Assembly: GCF_902652985.1 (NCBI RefSeq)
Contig: NC_047024.1
Coordinates: forward strand, 3,410,001-3,474,000
DNA: 64,000 nt
DNA from: Pecten maximus
Lineage: Eukaryota
Direction of reading: 5' to 3'
Shown: piece by piece, positions 11,339 to 27,018 of the stretch
Layout of the letters: each line of letters starts with the position of its first letter
How positions within the stretch are numbered: position 1 is the stretch's first letter
Position numbers and translations under genes: made by a program
The notes under the pieces: generated by a model
What the model was told of the DNA's origin: nothing
Database searches by the model: none
The model's input: only the letters and a program-made list of their open reading frames with translations

Positions 11339-14021
11339 GGTGATCTGTTGTGTTTCTATACTGTAGTTCTGTATTGTAACACCATGGACGGTGATTTGTT
11401 GTGTTTTTATACTGTAGCTCTGTATTGTAACGCCATGGACGGTGATTTGTTGTGTTTCTATACTGTAGTTCTGTATTGTAACGCCATGGACGGTGATCTG
11501 TTGTGTTTTTATACTGTAGCTCTGTATTGTAACGCCATGGACGGTGATCTGTTGTGTTTTTATACTGTAGCTCTGTATTGTAACGCCATGGACGATGATT
11601 TGTTGTGTTTCTATACTGTAGTTCTGTATTGTAACGCCATGGACGGTGATCTGTTGTGTTTTTATACTGTAGCTCTGTATTGTAACGCCATGGACGGTGA
11701 TCTGTTGTGTTTCTATACTGTAGCTCTGTATTGTAACGCCATGGACGGTGATCTGTTGTGTTTTTATACTGTAGTTCTGTATTGTAACGCCATGGACGGT
11801 GATCTGTTGTGTTTCTATACTGTAGCTCTGTATTGTAACGCCATGGACGGTGATCTGTTGTGTTTCTATACTGTAGCTATGTATTGTAACGCCGTGGACG
11901 GTGATCTGTTGTGTTTCTATACTGTAGTTCTGTATTGTAACGCCATGGACGGTGATCTGTTGTGTTTCTATTCTGTAGTTCTGTATTGTAACGCCATGGA
12001 CGGTGATCTGTTGTGTTTCTATACTGTAGCTCTGTATTGTAACGCCATGGACGGTGATCTGTTGTGTTTCTATACTGTAGTTCTGTATTGTAACGCCATG
12101 GACGGTGATCTGTTGTGTTTCTATACTGTAGTTCTGTATTGTAATGCCATGGACGGTGATCTGTTGTGTTTCTATACTGTAGCTCTGTATTGTAACGCCA
12201 TGGACGGTGATCTGTTGTGTTTCTATACTGTAGCTCTGTATTGTAACGCCATGGACGGTGATCTGTTGTGTTTCTATACTGTAGTTCTGTATTGTAACGC
12301 CATGGACGGTGATCTGTTGTGTTTCTATACTGTAGCTCTGTATTGTAACGCCATGGACGGTGATCTGTTGTGTTTTTATACTGTAGCTCTGTATTGTAAC
12401 GCCATGGACGGTGATCTGTTGTGTTTTTATACTGTAGCTATGTATTGTAACGCCATGGACGGTGATCTGTTGTGTGTTTATACTGTAGCTCTGTATTGTA
12501 ACGCCATGGACGGTGATCTGTTGTGTTTCTATACTGTAGTTCTGTATTGTAACGCCATGGACGGTGATCTGTTGTGTTTTTGTTTTTATACCGTAGTTCT
12601 GTATTGTAACGCCATGGACGGTGATCTGTTGTGTTTTTATACTGTAGCTGTGTATTGTAACGCCATGGACGGTGATCTGTTGTGTTTCTATACTGTAGTT
12701 CTGTATTGTAACGCCATGGACGGTGATCTGTTGTGTTTCTATACTGTAGCTCTGTATTGTAACGCCATGGACGGTGATCTGTTGTGTTTCTATACTGTAG
12801 CTCTGTATTGTAACGCCATGGACGGTGATCTGTTGTGTTTTTTTATACTGTAGCTCTGTATTGTAACGCCATGGACGGTGATCTGTTGTGTTTCTATACT
12901 GTAGTTCTGTATTGTAACGCCATGGACGGTGATCTGTTGTGTTTCTATACTGTAGGTCTGTATTGTAACGCCATGGACGGTGATCTGTTGTGTTTCTATA
13001 CTGTAGTTCTGTATTGTAACGCCATGGACGGTGATCTGTTGTGTTTTTATACTGTAGTTCTGTATTGTAACGCCATGGACGGTGATCTGTTGTGGTTTTT
13101 TTCTGTAGCTCTGTATTGTAACGCCATGGACGGTGATCTGTTGTGTTTTTATACTGTAGCTCTGTGTTGTAACGCCATGGACGGTGATCTGTTGTGTTTC
13201 TATACTGTAGCTCTGTATTGTAACGCCATGGACGGTGATCTGTTGTGTTTCTATACTGTAGTTCTGTATTGTAACGCCATGGACGGTGATCTGTTGTGTT
13301 TCTATACTGTAGTTCTGTATTGTAACGCCGTGGACGGTGATCTGTTGTGTTTCTATACTGTAGCTCTGTATTGTAACGCCATGGACGGTGATCTGTTGTG
13401 TTTTTATACTGTAGTTCTGTATTGTAACGCCATGGACGGTGATCTGTTGTGTTTTTATACTGTAGCTCTGTATTGTAACACCATGGACGGTGATCTGTTG
13501 TGTTTTTATACTGTAGTTCTGTATTGTAACGCCACGGACGGTGATCTGTTGTGTTTTTATACTGTAGCTCTGTATTGTAACGCCATGGACGGTGATCTGT
13601 TGTGTTTTTATACTGTAGTTCTGTATTGTAACGCCATGGACGGTGATCTGTTGTATTTTTGTTTCTATACTGTAGCTCTGTATTGTAACGCCATGGACGG
13701 TGATCTGTTGTGTTTTTATACTGTAGTTCTGTATTGTAACGCCATGGACGGTGATCTGTTGTGTTTCTATACTGTAGTTCTGTATTGTAACGCCGTGGAC
13801 GGTGATCTGTTGTGTTTCTATACTGTAGTTCTGTATTGTAACGCCATGGACGGTGACCTGTTGTGTTTTTATACTGTAGTTCTGTATTGTAACGCCGTGG
13901 ACGGTGATCTGTTGTGTTTCTATACTGTAGTTCTGTATTGTAACGCCGTGGACGGTGATCTGTTGTGTTTCTATACTGTAGCTCTGTATTGTAACGCCAT
14001 GGACGGTGATCTGTTGTGTTT
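11339..14021. repeat. Minisatellite, 51-bp unit, ~52 copies
   Basis: ggtgatctgttgtgtttctatactgtagctctgtattgtaacgccatggac. Confidence 0.98.
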
Positions 14022-14222
14022 CCTGATCACACCGTTGACCTTGAAAACCACAGCGGTTACACCGATACACCAAGATGACACATCGACTGTCACCCAAACT
14101 GTCGCCTATAATTAAATACTTCGAACTTGGATGTACCTTGTAGCGAACATATGAATTACAGTTGAATCTATTTTAATTCGAAAATGCCAGGACAGAGTGA
14201 TTGTCTCAGCAGAAACATCATG

Positions 14223-17196
14223 TCTAGGTTCGTTATTATTTACATTCCGGACTATATCGTATCTAGGTTCGTTATTATTTACATTCCGGACTATATCGTA
14301 TCTAGGTTCGTTATTATTTACATTCCGGACTATATCGTATCTAGGTTTGTTATAACTTACATTCCGGACTATATCGTATCTAGGTTCGTTATTATTTACA
14401 TTCCGGACTATATCGTATCTAGGTTCGTTATAACTTACATTCCGGACTATATCGTATCTAGGTTTGTTATAACTTACATTCCGGACTGTATCGTATCTAG
14501 GTTTGTTATAACTTACATTCCGGACTATATCGTATCTAGGTTCGTTATAACTTACATTCCGGACTATATCGTATCTAGGTTTGTTATAACTTACATTCCG
14601 GACTATATCGTATCTAGGTTCGTTATAACTTACATTCCGGACTATATCGTACCTAGGTTTGTTATAACTTACATTCCGGACTATATCGTATCTAGGTTTG
14701 TTATAACTTACATTCCGGACTATATCGTATCTAGGTTTGTTATTATTTACATTCCGGGCTATATCGTATCTAGGTTCGTTATAACTTACATTCCGGACTA
14801 TATCGTATCTAGGTTTGTTATAACTTACATTCCGGACTATATCGTATCTAGGTTTGTTATAACTTACATTCCGGACTATATCGTATCTAGGTTCGTTATA
14901 AATTACATTCCGGACTATATCGTATCTAGGTTTGTTATAACTTACATTCCGGACTATATCGTATCTAGGTTTGTTATAACTTACATTCCGGACTATATCG
15001 ATCGTATCTAGGTTCGTTATTATTTACATTCCGGACTATATCGTATCTAGGTTTGTTATAACTTACATTCCGGACTATATCGTATCTAGGTTCGTTATTA
15101 TTTACATTCCGGACTATATCGTATCTAGGTTTGTTATAACTTACATTCCGGACTATATCGTATCTAGGTTTGTTATAACTTACATTCCGGACTATATCGT
15201 ATCTAGGTTTGTTATTACTTACATTCCGGACTATATCGTATCTAGGTTTGTTATAACTTACATTCCGGACTATATCGTATCTAGGTTCGTTATAACTTAC
15301 ATTCCGGACTATATCGTATCTAGGTTTGTTATAACTTACATTCCGGACTATATCGTATCTAGGTTTGTTATAACTTACATTCCGGACTATATCGTATCTA
15401 GGTTTGTTATAACTTACATTCCGGACTATATCGTATCTAGGTTTGTTATAACTTACATTCCGGACTATATCGTATCTAGGTTCGTTATAACTTACATTCC
15501 GGACTATATCGTATCTAGGTTCGTTATAACTTACATTCCGGACTATATCGTATCTAGGTTTGTTATAACTTACATTCCGGACTATATCGTATCTAGGTTT
15601 GTTATAACTTACATTCCGGACTATATCGTATCTAGGTTTGTTATAACTTACATTCCGGACTATATCGTATCTAGGTTTGTTATAACTTACATTCCGGACT
15701 ATATCGTACCTAGGTTCGTTATAACTTACATTCCGGACTATATCGTATCTAGGTTTGTTATTATCTACATTCCGGACTATATCGTATCTAGGTTTGTTAT
15801 AACTTACATTCCGGACTATATCGTATCTAGGTTTGTTATAACTTACATTCCGGACTATATCGTATCTAGGTTTGTTATAACTTACATTCCGGACTATATC
15901 GTATTTAGGTTTGTTATTATTTACATTCTGGACTATATCGTATCTAGGTTTGTTATTATTTATATTCCGGACTATATCGTACCTAGGTTTGTTATAACTT
16001 ACATTCCGGACTATATCGTATCTAGGTTTGTTATTGTTTATATTCCGGACTATATCGTACCTAGGTTTGTTATAACTTACATTCCGGACTATATCGTAAC
16101 TAGGTTTGTTATTATTTACATTCCGGACTATATCGTATCTAGGTTTGTTATAACTTACATTCCGGACTATATCGTATCTAGGTTTGTTATAACTTACATT
16201 CCGGACTATATCGTATCTAGGTTTGTTATAACTTACATTCCGGACTATATCGTATCTAGGTTTGTTATAACTTACATTCCGGACTATATCGTATCTAGGT
16301 TCGTTATAACTTACATTCCGGACTATATCGTATCTAGGTTTGTTATAACTTACATTCCGGACTATATCGTATCTAGGTTTGTTATAACTTACATTCCGGA
16401 CTATATCGTATCTAGGTTTGTTATAACTTACATTCCGGACTATATCGTATCTAGGTTTGTTATAACTTACATTCCGGACTATATCGTATCTAGGTTCGTT
16501 ATAACTTACATTCCGGACTATATCGTATCTAGGTTCGTTATAACTTACATTCCGGACTATATCGTATCTAGGTTTGTTATAACTTACATTCCGGACTATA
16601 TCGTATCTAGGTTTGTTATAACTTACATTCCGGACTATATCGTATCTAGGTTTGTTATAAGTTACATTCCGGACTATATCGTATCTAGTTTTGTTATAAC
16701 TTACATTCCGGACTATATCGTATCTAGGTTTGTTATTATTTACATTCCGGACTATATCGTATCTAGGTTTGTTATAACTTACATTCCGGACTATATCGTA
16801 TCTAGGTTTGTTATAACTTACATTCCGGACTATATCGTATCTAGTTTCGTTATAACTTACATTCCGGACTATATCGTATCTAGGTTTGTTATAACTTACA
16901 TTCCGGACTATATCGTATCTAGGTTTGTTATAACTTACATTCCGGACTATATCGTATCTAGGTTTGTTATAACTTACATTCCGGACTATATCGTATCTAG
17001 GTTTGTTATTACTTACATTCCGGACTATATCGTACCTAGGTTCGTTATAACTTACATTCCGGACTATATCGTATCTAGGTTTGTTATTACTTACATTCCG
17101 GACTATATCGTATCTAGTTTCGTTATAACTTACATTCCGGACTATATAGCACCTAGGTTTGTTATTATTTACATTCCGGACTATATCGTATCTAGG
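14223..17196. repeat. Minisatellite, 39-bp unit, ~76 copies
   Basis: tatctaggtttgttataacttacattccggactatatcg. Confidence 0.98.
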
Positions 17197-17521
17197 TGTG
17201 TTAGTCGTTACGTAAAGACGTGATATGTATAAATATGATTCTTGTTTTTTGTTTTCTCTCTTTTTTGACACTGTGTAAAGTACAGGCACAAGCATGTGCA
17301 TGTTTAGTAGTTTACATAGAAATTAACATCGGTATAAAATTTACTAATCAGGAAGCTTTTGAAACACGATAGGTGTTAAATGTAAATGTTCTGAATATAT
17401 TTGTAAGGAAAATTCAAAATTTTGCTTTTTCTTATAAATGCCAGGAATACCGGTACATTCATTAACTGAATTACACGACACGTCTCTACATTACAACAGG
17501 AGGGAGTGAGGTATATATGTA

Positions 17522-18137
17522 TGATGACGGGATACATGAGGGCAATACAGGTGATGACGCGGGACACGAGGGCAATACAAGTGATGACGGGAGACACGAG
17601 GGCAATACAGGTGATGACGGGATACACGAGGGCAATACAGGTGATGACGGGATACACGAGGACAATACAGGTGATGACGGGAGACATGAGGGCAATACAG
17701 GTGATGACGGGAGACAAGAGGGCAATACAGGTGATGACGGGAGTCATGAGGGCAATACAGGTGATGACGGGAGACAAGAGGGCAGTACAAGTGATGATGG
17801 GAGATATGAGGGCAATACAGGTGATGACGGGAGACATGAGGGCAATACAGGTGATGACGGGAGGACAAGAGGGCAATACAGGTGATGACGGGAGTCATGA
17901 GGGCAATACAGGTGATGACGGGAGACAAGAGGGCAATACAAGTGATGATGGGAGATATGAGGGCAATACAAGTGATGATGGGAGACACGAGGCGAGACAT
18001 ATAATGACGGGAGATATGAGGGCAATAATATGATGATGGGAGACATGAGGGCGAGACATATGATGACGGGAGACATGAGGGCAATAATATGATGACGGGA
18101 AAGATGAGGGTAAGACATATGATGACGGAAGACATGA
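17522..18137. repeat. Minisatellite, 30-bp unit, ~20 copies, decaying at right end
   Basis: gtgatgacgggagacatgagggcaatacag. Confidence 0.96.
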
Positions 18138-18555
18138 AGACATATTGACAAGAGAAATCAAAAGTAGACGAAAACTGACAGAAGGAATCCAAACATCAAG
18201 ACGCGAGTCTTGTGTGTTGGCTTGGTGGCGCTGTATTCAGTGTAACCGTGCGTTGTGGCGCTGTCGTCTTTTTTGGCGTGCGTAGAGGCACAGTAGTCTA
18301 TGTGACGTGCGTGATGGCGCTGTAGTATGTGTGACCTTGACTTGTTCCCTCCCTTAGTTCTCTACCCTCCACGAGGGCTGCACACCGCTCACAAAGGACC
18401 AGAAGTGGGCAACCATGTTGATTTTTTCATTGGTTAATTTATATCTAAGACGCGGGAAACCCAAATACAGAGCAAATCTAACCTTGATCGATAATCAAAT
18501 GAAGATGATTTCAAGTTTCGCTTTTTAAAATTACATCAGTCAAACTGTGTCCAGT

Positions 18556-19340
18556 GTGCTTGGTGGCGCTGTTTTCTATGTACCGTGCTTGGTGGCGCTG
18601 TTTTCTATGTACCGTGCTTGGCGGAGTTGTTTTCTATGTACCGTGCTTGGTGGCGCTGTTTTCTATGTACCGTGCTTGGTGGCGCTGTAGTGTATGTACC
18701 GTGCTTGGTGGCGCTGTTTTTCTATGTACCGTGCTTGGTGGCGCTGTTTTCTATGTACCGTGCTTGGCGGAGCTGTAGTGTATGTACCGTGCTTGGTGGC
18801 GCTGTAGTCTATGTGACCATGCTTGGTGTCACTGTAGTGTATGTACCGTGCTTGGTGGCGCTGTAGTCTATGTGACCGTGCTTGGTGGCGCTGTTTTCTA
18901 TGTACCGTGCTTGGTGGCGCTGTAGTCTATGTACCGTGCTTGGTGGCGCTGTAGTCTATGTGACCGTGCTTGGTGGCGCTGTAGTGTATGTACCGTGCTT
19001 GGTGGCGCTGTTTTCTATGTACCGTGCTTGATGGCGCTGTTTTCTATGTACCGTGTTTGGTGGCGCTGTTTTCTGTGTACCGTGTTTGGTGGCGCTGTAG
19101 TCTATGTACCGTGCTTGGTGGCGCTGTTTTCTATGTACCGTGTTTGGTGGCGCTGTAGGCTATGTACCGTGCTTGGTGGCGCTGTTTTCTATGTACCGTG
19201 CTTGGTGGCGCTGTAGTCTATGTACCGTGCTTGGTGGCGCTGTAGTCTATGTACCGTGCTTGGTGGCGCTGTAGTCTATGTATCGTGTTTGGTGGCGCTG
19301 TTTTCTATGTACTGTGCTTGGTGGCGCTGTAGTCTATGTA
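18556..19340. repeat. Minisatellite, 29-bp unit, ~26 copies (degenerate copies also at ~18215-18340)
   Basis: gtgcttggtggcgctgttttctatgtacc. Confidence 0.96.
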
Positions 19341-19605
19341 ACTGCGTGTGTGTAATGTTCAAGTTTTGTTTTCTATTTCCAAATGCAAGACAGCATATAG
19401 GTAACATATACATTGTAAATGATAAATAAGTATAAATGAAAAAGATAAATATGGCAAAGTGTGGTTGAGTATTGTCTATTTGACTTGTGTTATGGTCCTG
19501 TACTCTATATGATTTATAGACAATTGTATCCAGTTGGTCTGACTTTGCGTTAATTAAATTAAATGAATACGATTATCATTGTTAATCAAAATGAAAAATA
19601 ACCCA

Positions 19606-20630
19606 CAATAATACAATGTTATACAAGACAGTCAAAATAATATTAATCAATATTATACAATTACAGTTACAATAACAATAACAGTAATACAATATTTTAC
19701 TGTCACAATAACACAATATTTTACTGTCACAATAACAATTATACAATATTATACTGTCACAATAACAATAATACAATATTATACAATTACAGTTACAATA
19801 ACAATAATACAATATTATACTGTCACAATAACAATAATACAATATTATACTGTCACAATAACACTAATACAATATTATATTGTCACAATAACAATAATAC
19901 AATATTATACTGTCACAATAACAATAATACAATATTATACAATTACAGTTGCAATAACAATTATACAATATTATATTGTCACAATAACACTAATACACTA
20001 TTATACTGTCACAATAACAATAATACAATATATTACTGTCACAATAACAATAACAATTTTTTTTACTGTCACAATAACAATTATACAATATTATACTGCA
20101 CAATAACAATAATACAATATTATATTGTCACAATAACAATAATACAATATTATACTGTCACAATAACAATAATACAATATTATACTGTCACAATAACAAT
20201 AACAATTTTTTTTACTGTCACAATAACAATAATACAATATTATACTGTCACAATAACAATGATACAATATTATACTGTCACAATAACAATAATACAATAT
20301 TATATTGTCACAATAACAATAATACAATATTATACAATTACAGTCACAATAACAATAATACAATATTATACAAGTACAGTCACAATAACACTAATACAAT
20401 ATTATACAATTACAGTCACAATAACAATAATACAATATTAACAATTACTGTCACAATAACAATAATACAATATTATACTGTCACAATAACAATAATACAA
20501 TATTATACTGTCACAATAACAATAATACAATATTATACAGTTACAATAACAATAATACAATATTATATTGTCACAATAACAATAATACAATATTATACTG
20601 CCACAATAACAATAATACAATATTATACAA
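19606..20630. repeat. AT-rich minisatellite, ~30-bp unit with variants
   Basis: tacaatattatactgtcacaataacaataa. Confidence 0.95.
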
Positions 20631-21724
20631 GTACACTCAACCTTATGTTTACATTAACACTGCTGTATACATTAGATATATATCCTTTGCCTACAAACAG
20701 CTGTAGGAACTTCCATAATTTATGCTCAAACTTCAACACGAAGAACTAAAGTTAAGACATGGGTTAAGTGAATACATTCTCATTGTCAATAATTATGGCG
20801 TATTTGTTGTTTTTCAAGAATTTGAAAAATAAACAACATACCTGTCCTGTCACGTGACATCTTACGTACACGTAATTCCAATATCAGGTAAGGACTTCCC
20901 AGTATTATTCTATTTTAAAGCGTAACCTAATTTAATTAGGATTTAATACACCTAGATTCTAAATATGTGCACTGCACGTGCCACGTCCTTAGATAGTTAT
21001 TTTTAACTCCATCTCCGGTGTAAAGATGACGTCCTTATTCCAGGTACAACAGTTGGTGACATTGCCGCCAGACAGGTTTCTACATGTCCTCGATTGTCCC
21101 CTATTGCGATGGCGTTGTGCAAGGTCAAAGATCAGCCTCTTCCCATATGTCATTATCAAGTTGTATGCTAATAGGCCGGAGGGTGACATAAGAATGCGAA
21201 CAACAAACAAACCCGACGTTCACATAACACGCGCTCATTAGTATGCATATGTTAATGAGGGAAGTCTTTCCGCCATTGAGTTTTTACATTTCGTGTCTCC
21301 AGTCTGTACCTACACGGTGAGATGTCACAAAGCCTGTGGCGTACCTGGAGACAGAATTACAGACTGGGGAACCCACGGTTTGATTTTGAAAGAAATACTT
21401 TTTGAGATTACAGGTTGAAACAACAAATCAAAACCACAATTTCCTGAAATAGTCCTGACAGATGTTTTATATCCTTTAAATATATTGACCTTGACGGCAA
21501 CTTCATGGTGACATTGAGTTTACATGTAGGGAATATAATGATATGGTTTTGTAATTATAATCGTATAAAACCTTTCCAAGATGATATATGACACTACACG
21601 TTTTTCGTTTCAAATTGTAAATCACATATAAAAACAGCATGTGCTTATAAAATATAGACGTATAGGACAGTCTTCACTCTATAACTATATAGTTGTTCTG
21701 TTGTTCTTACAAATATCAAATTTG

Positions 21725-22282
21725 ACAGGAACCCTTTAGGATGGTTACCATGGTTACCAGTATAACAGGTACCCTTTAGGATGATTACCATGGTTACCAG
21801 TATAACAGGTACCCTTTAGGATGATTACCATGGTTACCAGTATAACAGGTACCCTTTAGGATGGTTACCTTGGTTACCAGTATAACAGGTACCCTTTAGG
21901 ATGATTACCATGGTTACCAGTATAACAGGTACCCTTTAGGATGATTACCATGGTTACCAGTATAACAGGTACCCTTTAGGATGATTACCATGGTTACCAG
22001 TATAACAGGTACCCTTTAGGATGATTACCATGGTTACCATTACAACAGGTACCCTTTAGGATGATTACCATGGTTACCAGTATAACAGGTACCCTTTAGG
22101 ATGATTACCATGGTTACCAGTATAACAGGTACCCTTTAGGATGATTACCATGGTTACCAGTATAACAGGTACCCTTTAGGATGGTTACCTTGGTTACCAG
22201 TATAACAGGTACCCTTTAGGATGATTACCATGGTTACCAGTATAACAGGTACCCTTTAGGATGGTTACCATGGTTACCGTTA
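21725..22282. repeat. Minisatellite, 40-bp unit, ~14 copies
   Basis: acaggtaccctttaggatgattaccatggttaccagtata. Confidence 0.97.
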
Positions 22283-23315
22283 CAACAGATAACCTTTAGG
22301 ATGCCCATGACCAGAGACCGCCTTCACATTTTACATGTGCTAAGTTTACTCGCCTTTTGCTCATTTTTATTTCTTCCCAAGTATGTGTGGTATGGCATTA
22401 TTTTGCCTTTAGTTCATGACTTCATTTGCATTTTGTCGAGTCATTCAAGATTTCGTCGTACTCCAATAATTACTTAATACGGTTATCATGTCCGAGCACT
22501 CTTATACCACTGTTACGACAATAAGTTATCTGCTTCAGTTCGGCAGTCTTCAATACAGAGATTTTAAAAAACCAGTCTCTAAAGACATCGGGTGATTTTT
22601 TTCCATATTTTATGAACAAATGACAGTTCTATTCCTCCATTTCTTCACTCCCCTGACGTGACTGGTAAAAGTTATCCGACATTTGTCTGATTGTCACTGT
22701 GATTTATGTACCGGGTAGATAATTTACATACACGTTATTACATGGCGAGTGATCCTGGTCATAATTACATGATACAAATATAGTTTATGGTGAACATCAC
22801 CTGGGTACTTGAAATAAGTAGACAAAATTAGGGCCGATAACAATCATTTACAGGAACAGGATAGTATGTCGGTTATATTACCGGGGATCAGCCCTCAAAC
22901 CAGGAAGGTTCAGTATAACCTTCAACAGATTGATGCAACTGTAGGGATGAAGTCTGTTTGGAGTTGGATGTAGGAAAAGTAGGTTCTATGACGACGGTGT
23001 CCCCAAGCTCTTTCTAGCAGGGCTGTATATCAATGTTACTAGGGAGATGCTAGGCTAAGATAAATGCAGACCTTGACCGGAGGTGCGCAAGGATACCCAG
23101 ACTAAAAAAGATATGTTTATACTAGAACCATACCGCGGACATCTTCCTCCAAATGTCCAAAGAGAATCCACTATATATATTTATATATATATGGGTCAAA
23201 GAAGTAATATAAACATTATAATCCAGATAACACTGGATCCTCACATAAATGTATGGAGGATACGAATTACAAATACAATCACATAATTTCCAGTACTTCT
23301 TATATATATTATATA

Positions 23316-23686
23316 TTAGTAGGTACGGGTGTCCGACTTTAGTTGGTTGTTTGTGATTGCTACTGATCAACCCCCGTTAGTAGGTACGGGTGTCCGACTC
23401 TAGTTGGTTGTTTGTGATTGCTACTGATCAACCCCCGTTAGTAGGTACGGGTGTCCGACTTTAGTTGGTTTTTGTGATTGCTACTGATCAACCCCCGTTA
23501 GTAGGTACGGGTGTCCGACTTTAGTTGGTTGTTTGTGATTGCTACTGATCAACCCCCGTTAGTAGGTACGGGTGTCCGACTCTAGTTGGTTGTTTGTGAT
23601 TGCTACTGATCAACCCCCGTTAGTAGGTACGGGTGTCCGACTTTAGTTGGTTTTTGTGATTGCTACTCATCAACCTCCGTTGGTAG
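23316..23686. repeat. Minisatellite, 60-61-bp unit, ~6 copies
   Basis: ttagtaggtacgggtgtccgactttagttggttgtttgtgattgctactgatcaacccccg. Confidence 0.96.
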
Positions 23687-24975
23687 TTAAAGGTTGTTGG
23701 TGATTATTCAGCTGTTGTATTGTTTTTATTGGTGAGAGCGTTTGGATGTTGCTTCATTTTGATTGTGTTTAATTCTGGAGAGTGCCGATTGTTATTGGTG
23801 ATGTGCTATTTTAGGCTGTATTTGGGTAAAGTGTGGGCCAGCCTGTACCGTATCCCAGGCATTGGTCTCTATAACTCCACATACCCGGTTGGTGAATGTC
23901 TGCTCAAGTGACGGAGAGTTCAAATGGAATGTAATTAGCAGGTGATTTGTTCTCGAGGGTTCTATTAGAGGCATATCGCCCACTCAAGGAGGCGCGTTGT
24001 TTGTATTCTATAAAGTAAGTCTAGTCGACATGCCTCTTAATTAAGCATTTCTCTGGTGGGAGAAAAGAAATATCTGATCGAATACACAGGTCGGTTTACG
24101 TACGGTTACGGGGTTAGGTAATTAATTAGGGTCCCTGTCCCCATCTGTGTCGGGGAGCCACCCCCAGCCACCCGCCGCTGTTTACGTACAGGGCCGGGAC
24201 ACACGTGGACACCCCGTAACAAACTACACGGCTCAACGACACCCATATCACATTTCAATAGTCCAGGTTTAGGATTCTCGTTAGAATGCGGGACACTTGA
24301 CGTTCAATCAAGATCATATATCTGTTTGGCATTCCTTTGAGAAGGGAAGCGTTTTACATAATCATTAGTGGTAATTCATTTACCTCCACAACAAACGTAA
24401 AAGGGCGTTGCAACTCTATTAGATTGTCAGAATGGATCTTTGATGATATGCATCTCTGAAAAAAAATGTATGCAACTCATGATCCGCGAGTTGAAACCTA
24501 TACATTCCTGTATATATATGACTTGTGTGTCCCCTTATATGGTTAATTAGCCGATACAGCTGCACACACATTAACATAGAGCGGTTACAAGATCTCATGA
24601 ATTATACATGCTGCCCCGTCCGGGTATCGTGTGTTAGAGCTGCCCGAATACAGATTTACGTCTATATATGTCTGTCAGACATTTCTTTACTCATATATAA
24701 ATATAATATTCCTCATTAAAATCATTACAATAGCAGTCTCGTTTTACACTTTAGTGAAGTATCATTTTTGAATATCACAGTTGGTTGTGACTAGATTTTT
24801 TAGTGACAACCTACATGTATATTTACCATGCTAGAATTGGATGTTACGTCACTCAGTAAAAACTGACTAGTATAAGATATAGGTAACTTGACTGGACATT
24901 CCGTGTACGACAAATCACTGCTGTCATTCCGACCGAGACAGACATAGCTATGATAATAATTACAAAAACTTAACA

Positions 24976-25358
24976 TTAAATGGGATTACATGTAGATACC
25001 ATATTAAATGGAATTACATGTAAATACGATATTAAATAGGATTACATGTAAATACGATATTAAATGGAATTACATGTAAATACGATATTAAATGGAATTA
25101 CATGTAAATACGATATTAAATAGGATTACATGTAAATACGATATTAAATAGGATTACATGTAAATACTATATTAAATAGGATTACGTGTAAATACGATAT
25201 TAAATAGGATTACATGTAAATACGATATTAAATAGGATTACATGTAAATACTATATTAAATGAGATTACATGTAAATACTATATTAAATGAGATTACATG
25301 TAAATACTATATTAAATGAGATTACATGTAAATACTATATTAAATGGGATTACATGTA
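24976..25358. repeat. Minisatellite, 28-bp unit, ~13 copies
   Basis: attaaataggattacatgtaaatacgat. Confidence 0.96.
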
Positions 25359-27018
25359 ATATGATAAAGATTAAAGGTACCATAAACGAGTGTAATTAAA
25401 AAAGAAATATCTACATTTACAATATAATCATCTTAGACTAGACTTAGTGAAATAAGCATAAAAAGTATCGCAGGAAAAAGAGACAAAATGTAACTGTAGT
25501 ATTAAATACACGGACAAAGTTCTGACGATTCGAAAGATAGATAAAAGCATACTTTCGATCGTGACGTCGTGCAGGAGTTTCATCTTTGCTCCTTGTGAAA
25601 TGGTAATATGATCTTACATTGGACACGTGTTCTCACTTACATGCGCATTGTATTACATGGATTTATACAGTTAATGAAGAATAAGGCTGTTTCAAGTTAA
25701 ATGCGAACGTTTAAACTCAAATTCAACCGATAACACAATAATATGATGCTATCTAAACATTTGAATAACTCTGATGCTGTCTAAACATTTAAATGACTCG
25801 GATGCTGTCTAGGTACAGAGCCCGTATGTAGACTACCCTGATGCATATAAATCATGTCTGTCACATAGTTCCGCGAGTAAATCTCTTTGTAACATGTTTT
25901 AAGTGCATATATATGCAGGTTTTTACTTTAACTGCCGAGATACAATCTTTAAAATGTCCATACGTCACAAGGAATGTCGAGTTAATGCATTCGTTATATT
26001 CTGTAGCAGATTTAGATGAAAGAAATTATTTGTGAGAATCGTAATTATACTTCGGCAGTCTGTCAAAGGGAACAATGTTATTCTATATAGATGATAGCAA
26101 GATAGCTATCGATAATAAGGAAATATTGTGTACGGCTACTGAAGGAGGGGTTCTAAGACACAGGTGTGCCTGAAGCTTATGGTGGAGGTAGAACGGTCTA
26201 TCTTTACAATGAAACTTCACAGTGAAGATGAAAGTCTGCCTCGGGTTCATGTCGGATGCCGTATTACAAGCACATCACCAACGATGTAATTAAACATGTC
26301 GGGTCTGTTTGATGGAGAGCCGAAATAAACTGTTAAACACCTGATCCTTTTCATCCCAACAAGTAGGACAGACTTACAGGAGCACGTCCATTACGTGTGC
26401 GTTTGATGTAATATTACATACAACATTACTGCGTTTTACCTACACCACGACGAGCTCAGGTCGTGTGTGTCAGTATAATATAGTTCCATGTAGATATGAT
26501 CATGTACCTGTCACATGGGGTTAGTCGTACAGGTGATATGCTTTATTAAACAGGTATAGAGACTGTCCAGTATGGATGGACGAAGAGTGAGGTCCAGTCT
26601 CCAATGTTGTACCTGGCACCGTTAGGACAGTAGAGGACCGCACTATTAATATAAATATTTAGAATAAATTACTTGCTTTTCCTTTACCAAAGTGGATATA
26701 TCTTACAGACGTATTACACGGAACGTGTACAGAAATTAAGGCTAACAACATCAGTCTAGTACAGTAGATATGGTATATATGTAGATGATCACGTGGCGAT
26801 ATGATAGAGGATAACACAATTATTTCTGGTAAATGTGATAAAGAAGATATAGACACATTTAGAATTTGATAAAAGTTCAAACACACAAAGGACATAACTT
26901 TGGCATATATAGAGACCATTCACGGATAAATGTAAAAAAAATGTCCCTTCACACAAAGAATTCATTTGAATGCAAATTAAATGAACACTTGAGATACCAA
27001 AACAATATTGATTTACAA

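Noticed and set aside
14024-14105. Minus-strand peptide CNRCGFQGQRCDQ resembling an EGF C-terminus
   Set aside because: Cys spacing is off, there is no good donor site, and the match centres on the common TGACCTTGA motif.
11348-17301. Long ORFs of 275-775 aa on both strands
   Set aside because: They arise because the 51-bp and 39-bp units are multiples of 3 without stops. They are open on both strands, frameshifted within the arrays, and have no domain or splice support.
17376-19429. Repetitive ORFs such as (HEGNTGDDGR)n
   Set aside because: Translations of the 30-bp and 29-bp minisatellites, open in many frames.
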